Below, one piece after another: positions 12,440 through 23,816 of a stretch of 64,000 nt of DNA. The notes beneath the pieces were generated by a model, which ran no database searches, had not been told where the DNA came from, and saw nothing but the letters and a program-made list of their open reading frames with translations. The translations under genes and the position numbers were made by a program. Location of the stretch: positions 85,996,001 to 86,060,000 of the forward strand of contig NW_024704743.1 of NCBI RefSeq assembly GCF_018977255.1. Reading direction: 5' to 3'. The first letter of the stretch is position 1; each line of letters opens with the position of its first letter. The DNA comes from Callorhinchus milii (Eukaryota).

Positions 12440-14440
12440 TGACATTGCTCTTCGAACCTGTCTTCTCCTCCTCTCTCATCACCACCATATCCAGCATAAA
12501 ACACACCACCTGCTCCCTTGAGACCATCCCGACTCCTCTCCTTACCTCCCAGCTCCATCTCCTCGCCACTCTACTCTCCGACATCATCAATCTCTCCCTA
12601 TTATCTGGCACAGTTCCCATCCCCCTAAAAGCAGCTAATAATAATAATCCTTACATTTGATATAGCACTTACCATGTCTTCTGGACGTCTCAAAGCGCTT
12701 CAGAGAGTATACTGTAAAGTGAATTGATTGTATATTTGTGGGGGAAACGTGGCAGCCAATTGCGCACAGCAGTGTCCCACAAACAGTCATGGATTGAAAA
12801 TGACCAATTTTATTATTGTTTTTTTTCTTGAGGGATTATTATCAGGCACCTTCAATCCATGAACCACTCCATCCTCCTCCACCACCTCTCCTCTCACCTC
12901 AACCTTCAAAGGTTCTGTCCTTGAATAGTTCAGGTCTTATCTCTACCACCATCTCCAATCACCCCCAGCCTGAAAAAACCTTCCCTGGACCTATCCCTGC
13001 TTTCTAACTATTGGCCCATCGCCAACGTCCCTTTTCTTTCCGAGGTCCTTGAAAGAGTTATTGCTTCCCAGCTTCGCTGCTTCTTCTCCTACCACTCCTT
13101 TCACGAGCCACTCCAGTTGGGTTTCCGTGCTGCTCACAGCACAGAAACTGTTCTGGTGAAGCTCAAAAATGACATCCTGTCCATCAGTGACCAGGGCTCA
13201 CTCTGCCTCCTCATCCTCCTACAACCTCTCTGCTGCCTTCAATACTGTGGACCACTCCATCCTCTTCCACCGCCTTTCCTCTCACTGCAACCTTCAAAGG
13301 TTCTGTCCTAGAATGGTTCAGGTCTTATCTCTCACACCATCTCCAATTTGTCTCCGCCAACGATTTCTCTTCCAGCCCCCGCACAGTCTTGTGCAGTGTT
13401 CCTCAGGGTTCTGTCCTCGGTATCCTGCTCTTCAATCTCTACATATCCCCCTTAGTGACATCATCTGCAGATATGGAGTCAACTTCCACATGTACACGGA
13501 TGACACCTAACTCTATCTCTCTGCCTCCACCCTTGATTCTAGGACAACTGACGTCCTGACAGACTGTCTGTCAGACATCAAGTACTGGATGAGAGCCAAC
13601 TTTCTACACCTGAACATCAGCAAGACCGAGGCCCTCCTGATTGGCTCGCGTCAGCGCCTCCTCTCCTCAGGCACTGGCAGCATCAGCATCCATGGTTGCA
13701 CACTCCACCTCAGCAAGCTAGTCAGGAACCTGGGCGTCTTGTTCGACACTCATCTGTCTTTTCTCCACCATATCCGTGCCATGACCCGCTCTGCCTTACC
13801 CCACCTCTGCAACATTGCCCAACTCTACCACTGCCTTAGCCCTCAGGCTCTCATACATGATTTGGCACCTCAAGGCTCGACTATGGAAACTCCTTCCTTG
13901 TCAGCCTTTCCAACTCTTCTCTCCACAAGCTGCAGATCTTCCAGAACTTTGCAGCTCATGTCCTCTCCCGTACCAGGCTCCGTGACTCCATCACTCCCAC
14001 CCTCATCCGGCTCCACTGGCTCCCCATCCCTCAGAGGATACAGTTCAAAATCATTGTCCTCATTTTCAAGGCCCTCCATGGCCTTGCCCTCTCCTACGTA
14101 TCTGACCTGCTAACTCCCTATCAACCCGTCCGCTCCCTTCATTCAGCAGGCTCTTATTTCCCACCTGACCCGCCCCACCATCGGCGGCCGGAGTTTCTGC
14201 CTCTCTGCCCCACTCTTTGGAACTCGATCCCACAATCCCTTTGCCTTGCTCTCTCACTTGCCTCCTTCAAGGCATGACTCAAAACCCTCCTTTTTGATGA
14301 TGCCTTCAGCCATCCTCCTACCTCTCTGCCCTCCCTCACCCCAACTCCCATGCTCAGGCCTGATCCTCAACTGTTTAGCGCCTTGGGATGTCCTCCCACT
14401 TTGGAAGGCACCTTGCAAATGTAATTTTGTTGTTGCTGTT
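12440..14440 (+). mobile_element. L2 LINE ORF2 remnant interrupted by a SINE
   Basis: Fragments GFRAAHSTETVLVKL, DLS-like [16 protein letters not shown] and LNISKTE, ending in a (GTT)n tail. Confidence 0.92.
12637..12845 (-). mobile_element. 5'-truncated SINE nested in L2
   Basis: Tail and body match the other SINE copies. Confidence 0.88.
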
Positions 14441-14932
14441 GAAAAATTCACAGCAAGAATTATTAAAATAACTGCTTTTTTGGTAAAATTTAAGGACCTG
14501 CCATAATTCAGAATGAATTTCTGAAAATAAAATAGTTGTGGGTTAAAGAGAAACTGCATTACTGATATTGCCCAATTTTGTACTAAACAGAAAACTGTGA
14601 CCAGAAGTGGGGACATAAGGGGTGTGGGACTGCCATCATGCTTCATATCATGTGTAGTTTGGAGCAGCAGCCTAAGAACAGGTTTCATGTTTGTTTTCTT
14701 AACCACAGAAAAGCTTTAGACTGGGACAAGCACTACGCTCCCAGAACTTAAGCAATACTATTTGCAATGGTAAAAAAACAAGATATGTACAATGTGGTAT
14801 TGGATCTGTTACAAGTACGGTAACAGTATTAGTTACAAGTTTGTAAAGTGTTAATCGTCTGCTTCATAAACTGATTCCAATGGATTTAAGCCTGAACATT
14901 TTGCTAAAAATTATTTACTTGAATAAATGTTT

Positions 14933-15174
14933 GGAGAGAAATTCTACCTGGGTTAAGATTTGCTCTATTTATGTGGCATTTCAGAGTGTGCAGAACTTGG
15001 CTAATTCTTAAATACAGCTTTAAGTTTGAAGCTGTTTTCTTTCTGTAAGCTCTTTAAGAACCATGGAAAAACAACTTCAAAGTTAAGTCTGAATTCATCA
15101 ATTTGCCAAATTCTGGGACGCTGTAAAATGGTACATAAATAGAGTAAATCTAGACCCAGGTGGAATTTCTCCCC
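14933..15174. mobile_element. Palindromic (fold-back) MITE
   Basis: The left arm ggagagaaattctacctgggttaagatttgctctatttatgt... is the reverse complement of the right arm ...acataaatagagtaaatctagacccaggtggaatttctcccc. Confidence 0.8.
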
Positions 15175-15349
15175 ATTTGTGCTGTGAAGGACTCCATTGT
15201 TACTCATTGCAGAAGGCAGTCAGTATTCAAGCTTATGAATATACTTAAGGATTCTTAAAGGTCAAAATAGCATTAAGGGATTGAGTAACTTTTGAAATCC
15301 CTTTTCTGTCAGATGTTTATTATGTTCTCTTCAGAATGCATTAAATAGA

Positions 15350-15965
15350 ATGATATATAAGGGTTAGAATGTTCTGTTCACTAACTGTAGTGTGATGTTG
15401 AGTTCATACAAAGCCTTGGTTAGTCTACATTTGGAGAATTGTGTCCAATTCTGGTCTCCACACTGTAAGAAGGACATAGCAGCAATGGGAAAAGTATAGT
15501 TAGGTTTGCAATGATGATGAGGATGATACCAGGACTGACAGATTACTGCTATTAGAATAAACTGGAAAGGTTAGGTCTTTTTTGGCTAGGTAAGAGACAA
15601 TTAAGAGGGTACCGAATAGAAGTGTTTCAAATTGTAAAAGGGTTTGATGAGGTTAACATAAGTAGGCCGTTTCACTGGTTAGGGAGTCCGTAACCAGGGG
15701 ACACAAATATAACCAACTAGGGGATCAAAAAGAATTTAGGAGGAACTACCAGAGAGAATGTGGAACCTGCTGCCTAAAGCGATGGTTGGATCAGCTAATA
15801 CAGAAGCATTCAAGAGAAAACTAGACCTTCACATGAGAGCGAGAGAGAAGAGGAATAGAAGGGTATGGGAGGGAGTAAGGAATGGGTGGAGGGTTGTGTG
15901 GAGTATAAACACCGCCACAGTCTGGCTGGGCCAAGTGGCCTGTTTCTGTGCTGTAGACTCTTTTT
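15350..15965 (+). mobile_element. CR1 LINE 3' portion, degraded
   Basis: ctacatttggagaattgtgtccaattctggtctcc (HLEYCVQFWSP-like), accaggggacac (TRGH), WNLLP and a CR1-type 3' UTR. Confidence 0.85.
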
Positions 15966-16248
15966 AATTTAATGGGAATTCTCATTGTAAGCATGGTGAA
16001 GGTATAGTGGAGATTCATTTGAGTAGTAACAGCGATGAAATGTATAGTCCTGTTAAGAGTTTTGAAAACTTGGGACTATTTTCGCTATAGGAGAGAAAAG
16101 TAAGGAGGAATCTAAAAGCTTTACATGATGAAAAATATTTAAAATAAGAAAAGTATATATTTGGCGAATCAGTAACAAGAGGGCATATATTTAGAATCAT
16201 CAACAGAAGAACAAAGGGTAAGAAACATTTTGTTTGCGTGAAGATATA

Positions 16249-16570
16249 TAGGGTGACCAAAAAGTCACAATACCATTACAATGGAGTCCTGTAGCTCAGT
16301 GGTTAAAGCACTCACCTCACAAGCGAAAGACCTGGGTTCAATTCCGGCAGGGTGAACTGTTTGGCAAGTTTCCTTACTCCACATGCCTCTGTTTACCTAG
16401 CAATAAATAGGAACCTGGTTGTTAGGTGATTGGCGGATCACTTTTCTGGTGGGTAATAAAAAGCTATATCAAATGCAAGGATTATTAATATTACTATGTC
16501 TACTAAGTCTTAAAGAAATTAGGATTTTTTTAGATAATAGGGTAGATATCATGACTTTTTGGTCACCCTG
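16249..16570. mobile_element. Tc1/mariner-type MITE containing a SINE, nested in a CR1 remnant
   Basis: TIRs (T/C)AGGGTGACCAAAAAGTCA and TGACTTTTTGGTCACCCTG, flanked by TA on both sides. Confidence 0.8.
16283..16492 (+). mobile_element. SINE, long subfamily, internally deleted
   Basis: Head GGAGTCCTGTAGCTCAGTGG...GGGTTCAATTCC and CORE-like segment, joined directly to the last part of the tail. Confidence 0.88.
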
Positions 16571-16849
16571 TATATAATGTTTTACTACAAATGTCTTTGA
16601 AGTTAAGACCATGATTGCATTGAAAAGGAATTGGATACATAGCTAAACAAAAATGTTAAAGGGTACAATGTATTAAAGGGTAAGACCTGGGAAACAAATT
16701 AGATCATAGCTCCAATAGCGATTTCACTCAGCTAAGCCAAATGCCATCTAAAGCTCAAGCCAAATGCTGCAGCCTCATTCCTGGCCTTTAGTAGGGCTTT
16801 CAGTTCACTTTCCTTCCGTACATCTGGTCCGTTACCAAGAAAGTCCTTC

Positions 16850-17478
16850 TTCAACTTCGCCCACATTACTCCCCTCTGTTCCTATGTCATGTCCAATGCA
16901 GCCAAAACCTTCTTCTCCGACTCTAGACTGGACTTCTCCAATGCCCTCCTCACCAGTGTCCACAGCTCTACCCCCCATAAGCTTCGGCTCGTCCAAAATT
17001 CAGCTGCTCGTATTTTTACCTGTACTAAGTTTCATATGCTCAGCACCCCTCTGTTCTTGCCAGGCTCTACTATCTCCCTGACCATCCACAGACTAATTGA
17101 TCCTCACTCTCACTGACAAATCCCTTCAGACCTTCACACTTCCCTACTTCTGTGATCTTCTCCAGCCACACTCTCCTGCTTGCTGCCTTCCCTCAGCTCT
17201 GTATTACTTGTCCCTCTGCCCCACCAACAATGGACAAGCCTTCAGCCACTATGCCTTCACCCTCTGGAATTCTCTCCCTAAATCCCACCATCTCACTCCT
17301 TCTCTATCTTTCTTTAAATGCTTCCTGAAAACCTACCACTTTGACTGTAACTTCAGTCACCTCCCCTCACTGCTTCCCACCTTCCCTGCTCAGCGTCCGT
17401 CTACCTCACTGTGAAGCGTGCTGAGAAGTTGCTCAATGTAAAATGTTGCTATATAAATACAAGTTGCTGTTGGTGTTA
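16850..17478 (+). mobile_element. L2 LINE 3' fragment
   Basis: SRLDFSNALL, QNSAARI and LWNSLP, followed by an L2-type tail. Confidence 0.85.
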
Positions 17479-18194
17479 GGTGAGTTAGCACTAGCATGAA
17501 CAGAGTGGGCTGTAAACTTTCCATGTAAGATGTTGCCTATTCACTGTATCAACAAGAGATTGACCTGTTTGACCTTTACTCATCAGACCTGGATATAGTT
17601 GTCAGTGAATATGTGGTCAGATTAGTGGGAAAATCCACACAGTACAGTAACCACATAAAAATAATTCTACTCCCCTAAGAGTATGGGAGTCTCCTCTGGC
17701 AGCAGGAGTAATGGCAAGCATGATTGTTACAAGCTGCATGCAAGACCAGGTTTCTGCCAGAGCTTTTGACGTCAATAGCCTGGCTCTTCAACTTGACTGG
17801 TTGTCTCCTTGACCATGATTTCAAGCCACAGATGGAATCTCTGACTGACAAGAACACTTGTAGCATATTTGTATTGGAATAGCGTTCTCTGGAGAGCCAG
17901 AGGACTGAATCCCCATGGAAGTTTCACAACTGGGTAACTTTGCTTGCAAAGAATTAAACAAACAGTGCTCACATAACCATGACTGACTTCTACTCACATA
18001 AACATGTTCAGCTTTAAACAGGAGACATGTTCATCTTTTTAAACTAAGTATTAGCTTAAACAGTCAGAGAGTCAGTCTGTAATCCCTCGCTCCATATGGA
18101 ATGAGGTGTTGATGTGCAAATGCTTTCCTTGAGGCAGGAGCTCATGATTTATCTAGAAACCAAGAGCAATGCTATCAAATCATTTGATTTGTGT

Positions 18195-18580
18195 GTGTAT
18201 ATAGAAGAACTTGCATTTTTATATGTAATGTTGAAACGTTTCAAAGCATTTCACAGTATTTACTGTTTTACTGTGGCTGTTTTTATAGGCAAATTGTGGC
18301 AGCCATCTTTCATATAGCAAAGACACAACATTCACAACAGCCATGAGGTGAATGACTAATTTTATCCAGAGACCAATTTTATCCAGAGTATTGTCGGCCC
18401 ACACACCAGGAGAACCTTATTTCTCTCTTCAAATTCAAGTAGGATTTTTAATATTCATCTGAAAACAGGACCTGGGTTTCTTATCTCATCTGAAAGACAA
18501 TATCAGATTCACTGGGCTATGAGATCAAGTCCTGATGTGGGGCTTGAACCCACAACTTTTTAATCCACAAGTGACAGCAC
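18195..18580 (-). mobile_element. Old DeuSINE-like element
   Basis: Tail aacttgcattttatat...; ctcatctgaaagac; reverse B box cttgaacccac. Confidence 0.7.
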
Positions 18581-19489
18581 CATGTTTTTTGGGAAAATCG
18601 GGAAAATTTACTAGGTGCCGCTGTGAATGTTTCCCAATGCTTACTATGCCGAGCAGTGTAGTTCAGAAGTTCCATTTAAACCCCTGACAAAGTTTTTAAA
18701 TGTGTGGATGTTTTAAGATTTTTGCCCCCCGCCCAACGAATCACCAATTGGTACTCCCATTTTACATGATAACGCCAAGCTCTTTTGGGGAGCCAGTCCA
18801 CCGCTGGATAGCACTAACAACAACTGAGCAAATTGCCACCTATGTACAAATAAGTAAAGGTGTGTGTGAAACAATGTGAATGTGTGAGAGAATATGCATG
18901 TGGGAGTGTTTGTCTGTAAACATCTGAATGTGTATATCTGTGTACATGTGGGTGGGTGTTTGTAGATATTGAAGGGTCTATTCTGTGCCGGGAGAAAATG
19001 ATGGATGTTAAAGTGGTGGATTTAATTCAGTGCATGTGAAATTGTAGCATAAGATAACAGTTATATTTGGTGCTACTAAAGCTGGGTGTTTTTTGATTGT
19101 GTAAATGAATGTGTTACTTGAATCGATGAACGTGCCCACTAGGAATGTCTACTTAATTCAATTTTTATACTCTACATTTCATACAGATTGCAATAGTGGG
19201 ATCATCGGGACCTCAAACTTTGCACCATTGTACATTTTCAGAATGGAATCTAACCTGTGTGATTCACAAATAAACCTTTGTAAATAGTGGTCCCTTTAAA
19301 GACAACCGCAAGAACCTACAAAGAACAACAACAATAAATTGGATTTATACAGCGTCTTCCATGTCGGGTGGATGTTCTGAGGCAGAGTAACATGGCCTGC
19401 TTAGCAGAGGGGAAAATAGGCAATAGATGCAGTTTAATGTTGAGAAATGTGGAAGGTGTCTCCCACGATGAAAGAGTTAGTCAGCAGAT

Positions 19490-20092
19490 CTGGCTGCGGA
19501 ATAGCTCCGCCACTGCCTCACGCCTCAGGCCTCTGAAACCCTGATCTATGCATTCATCACATCTAGGCTTGACTATGCCAACTTGTCGACCTTCCCAACT
19601 CTTCCCTCCACAAGCTGCAGATCACCCAGAACTCTGCAGCTCGTGTCCTCTCCCGCACCAGGCTCTGTGACACCATCACCCCATCCTCACCCAGCTCCAC
19701 TGGCTCCCCATCCCCCAGAGGATAGAATTCAAAATCCTTGTCCTAGCCTTCAAGGCCCTCCATGGCCTTGCCGCTCCCTATCTCTGCAACCTGCTGAACC
19801 CATATTAACCTATCCGCTCCCTCCGCTCAGCCGGATCTGGCCTGCTCCACGTTCCCCGCCCGGTCTGTTCCACCATTAGTGATCGGGCCTTCAGCTTTTC
19901 TGCCCCCACCCTCTGGAACTCCATCCCGCATTCCCTTTGCCTTTCAATCCACGGCTGTTTGCGGGACACTGCTGTGCGCAATTGGCTGCCGCGTTTTGCC
20001 CACAAATATACAATCAATTCACTTTACAGTATATTCTGTGAAGCGCTTTGAGACATCTCGAAAACGTGATACAAGGATTATTATTATTATTT
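19490..20092 (+). mobile_element. L2 3' fragment joined to a SINE 3' half
   Basis: L2 sequence (ctccactggctcccc...ctctggaactcc) runs to about 19943, then switches to the SINE body (ttcaatccacggctgtttg...) and an ATT tail. Confidence 0.85.
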
Positions 20093-20809
20093 GTGTTTTA
20101 ATAATAATACTTGCATTTGATATAGCACTTTTCACATCTTCTAGACGTCTCTTTTGCAGTATATAGTATATATATCAGTAGCCAATGTCTTTACCAGTAG
20201 CTTCTCATTCAAGGTATTTAAAAGCTCTGTGAACAGCATATTTAAAATGCAATGCCACTGAATATATTCGAGTAAAAGTACATCCATGTCAAAGATGCAT
20301 ACAGTTGTATCAGTCTTCACAAACTGCACATTTTATTGGAAGCAATTGTCTTTTTTAAAAAATCTGCTAACTCCCCTTCAACAGCGAACAATTGACGGAG
20401 CAGCATCATATAAGTGAGATAATAGATTTTAAATAGAAGTTGAAATTAGTTGTAAAAGAATGCAGTTAAGAAATATTGCCAATTGGACCCCAAGTAACAT
20501 TCTGTTTTATCTTTTTTATTCTTTTTTATGTAATCTTGTAGATGGAATAATACTACATAATTCCTTTTGAGAACAGGCACTGCTGCAAACAATTAAACCA
20601 GACAATTTATACAGCAACACCAACACCAACAACAACTTGCAATTGCATAGCGCCCTCCATGCAGAGCATCTCAGAGTGTTTAACAGAGGCGGAGCCTAAC
20701 TCCGAGCCGGTGGGGGAGGTGACCATAAGCACGGTCAAAAAGGAAGGTTTCCAGGTGGGTCTTGAGAGTGGGGGCAAAACAGAGGGGTTGAGGAAGAAGG
20801 TTACAGGAA

Positions 20810-21190
20810 GATTTAATTTAGGTTTTCAAAATTATCAGGGTTTTTGATAGAGTAGACAGGGAGAAACTGTTTCCACTGGCAGGTGGGTCAGTAACCAGGG
20901 GACACAGATTTGAGATAATTGGCAAAAGAATCAAATGGGAGATGAGTAGAAATGTTTCTACACAGAGAGTTGTTATGGTTTGGAATGCACTGCCTGAAAG
21001 GGTGGGGGAAACAGATTCAATAACAACTTTCAAAAGGGAATTGGATCGGTACTTGTACAGCAAAAATTTGCAAGGATATGGGGAAAGAGCGGTGGAATGG
21101 GACTCATTGTGTAACTCTTCCAAAGAGCCGGCACAAGCATGATGGGCCAAATGGCTTTCTTCTGTGCTGTAATATTCTATGATTCTATGC
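20810..21190 (+). mobile_element. CR1 LINE 3' end
   Basis: TQRVVMVWNALP...FKRELD, a CR1 3' UTR and an attctatg tail repeat. Confidence 0.9.
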
Positions 21191-22946
21191 ACTTGATAGT
21201 TCTTAATTACAAAACACTTTTCAATACGAAAAGGTGCAATAATATTATTCTTTACGTGACAAAATTAGTGAATGTCTGCCAAATTCAATGTGAAATTAAC
21301 AGTTTGATATACGTAATGCTATTTTTCACAGTTGATGAAATAATAGACCGGAACATCGCTTGTTAAATTAAGACCATTTTTTATGCCCAAATCCGCATGA
21401 TTTTAAGCACAAAGACCGTAAAAAATAACAGCAGGTGAAATTCCACCCCCTCCCCACGTTTTTACAGGGTAGTTTACAGTTTCCCACTGGTACAGATTAA
21501 TGCAGTACATTTATAGTATGTCCGGGTACTGTTGTGTTTGTATGGTATGTTTTTCTTTAATAGCACAGCTGTTTTAAGTTAGCAGAACATAAATGAAATA
21601 ATATGAATGCAAACATTTTTCCGTGCACAAATTCAGTTTTTCTTTCCAATTTATTCAATGATTTTTTGGGGTTTGCCAATGAGTTATGGCAATTTTTATT
21701 TGAAGTGCAGCTAATACTAACCAAAGGCTCCGCAGTCAAAATACATATTCAAAGTAGAGAATTGAAACATTGATATTTACAGCCAAAAACAGATTGGTCC
21801 CATAGCGGAGCAACTTAACATGCATGTAGTGGGTTTGTTTAATAGTCATCATCCATCTTCAAACTTCAGGGAATAAACTATTTTTATTAATTCCATATTG
21901 CTAGCTGATCATGCCACATAAAATACTCAGTGTGATGGCTCTGGGAATGCCACAGGTAAAGCTGGGCACATATTAAGAAAACTGCTTTTTACTTTGAAAA
22001 ACAAAATAAAAAATTCAAATCCTTTATTTTTATTTGTTTTGATCTCTGTCTTTTATCTGTTTACAGAAGGTTGTGGGTTCAATTCCCACTTTGGGACTTT
22101 TGCCTCATAGGCTAGGATGACACTCAAATACAGTGCTGGGGATGTCACATTGTCAGAGGTGTTGCCTTTCAAATAAGATGTTAAACTGAGGTCCCAACTG
22201 CCTGTTTCAGTTAATTGAGTATTCAATTTTTTATTCCCCTCCAATTTGCTCATCTTCTCCATTGAAGATATTGACTAACATGTTTTTCTCGTGTCCCAGA
22301 CACTAACTGTTATGACCCAAACAGCTGCTTTGTCACAACAGTAAACCCCCAGTTTATGGGGTTCCAAAATTCGAACCTAGCCCTGGGAACAAAACAAAAT
22401 TCCTTTTTCTTTTACAGCGGTCCAAAAATTTCCAGGGGCCAGCAGACTCCCAACTCGTAGTCCATCCCAACACCATGCTAAACATCCTCACTGAACTTGC
22501 CTTCACTGGCCTTCACAACAGGGACATTGTCTTTGAATGCATTTACTACCATTTTTGCAACATGTTGTTACCAGCGTTGTAATTACACTTAGCCGGAAAT
22601 TCTGACTGAACGGACCTGATGATCGTCCCGCCCCCCCACCCACCCAATTAGTCCGGCTAGCCAGTGTTTACCTTTGGCGGGCAGGCCTTCATCCACTCTG
22701 CCCCCAACCTCTGGAACTCCATCCCACAGTCCCTTCGCCTCCTTCAAGTCCCATGTCAAGACCTTCCTCTTCGATCACCCTCCTTCCCCCCTTGCCCTCC
22801 ACCTTCCCCAATCCCAATCTCAATTGATATCTGCCCAACAATCCCACCAAATAAAATTGGTCATTCACTTCATGGTTGTTTGTAGAACATTGATATATGC
22901 AAATTGGCTGCTGTGTTCACCTACAACAACAACAACAAATTGGAGT

Positions 22947-23400
22947 GGAGTCCTGTAGCTTACTGGTAGGCCTTGCAAACGAGAGGCCCTGCGTTCGATT
23001 CCCGGCAGGGTAAAATGTTAGGCAAGTTTCCTTACTCCACACGCCTCTATTTATCAAGTAATAAGTAGGCACCCGGTTAGTAGTGGATTGGCTGACCACT
23101 TTTCTGTGGGTAATCATCCCTTCAAAAAAGAGATTTTTTTTAAAAATTGATAATAATTTGGTCATTCAATCCATGACTGTTTGAAGCGCTCCGTGATGGT
23201 ACCCCATGTGAAGGGTGTTATATAAGTGCAAGGTGTTGTTGCTGTTTGTGGGATATTGCTGTGCGCAATGCCCTCCTCGTTTCGCCTACAAAATATACAG
23301 TCAATTCACTTTACAGTATACTCTATGAAGCGCTTTGAGACATCCCAAACACTTGATAAAGCGCTGTATCAATTGTAAGGATTACTATTATTTATTATAA
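22947..23400 (+). mobile_element. Full-length SINE (long subfamily) with an internal L2-tail insertion
   Basis: tRNA-like head with GTTCGATTC, CORE-like segment, body and tail. A foreign 58-bp segment sits at 23184-23241. Confidence 0.88.
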
Positions 23401-23560
23401 TTGCTGTGGCTGTGTTAATAAAATAATAATAGTAATCCTTGCATTTGATATAGCGCTTTTCATACTGTTCCATACTGAATACAATGCTTCCACTCACTAT
23501 GCCATTGAAGGGCACATAATACATTTCAACAAACTTTTTGAATGGATATTAAAACTATTA

Positions 23561-23816
23561 GGGTAAAATTCCACCTGGGAAGCAATTGTCAGCTTTGTGC
23601 AGATTGACTCTATTAATGTAACATTTTAGAACATCCAGATTTTTGACAAATTGTTCAATTCAGTCTTAACTTTGAAGTTGATTTTCTAAGGTTCTTAAAA
23701 GAAATTATGGAAAACCAGTTTGAAAATTAAGGCAGTTTGTAAGGATTTGCCAAATTCTACACGTTCTGAAATTATGTTAATAGAGTAAATATGGACCCAT
23801 ATGGAATTTCTGTCCC
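23561..23816. mobile_element. Palindromic (fold-back) MITE, same family as 14933-15174
   Basis: Arms gggtaaaattccacctggg...actctattaatgtaacattttagaac and gttctgaaattatgttaatagagt...cccatatggaatttctgtccc. Confidence 0.78.
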
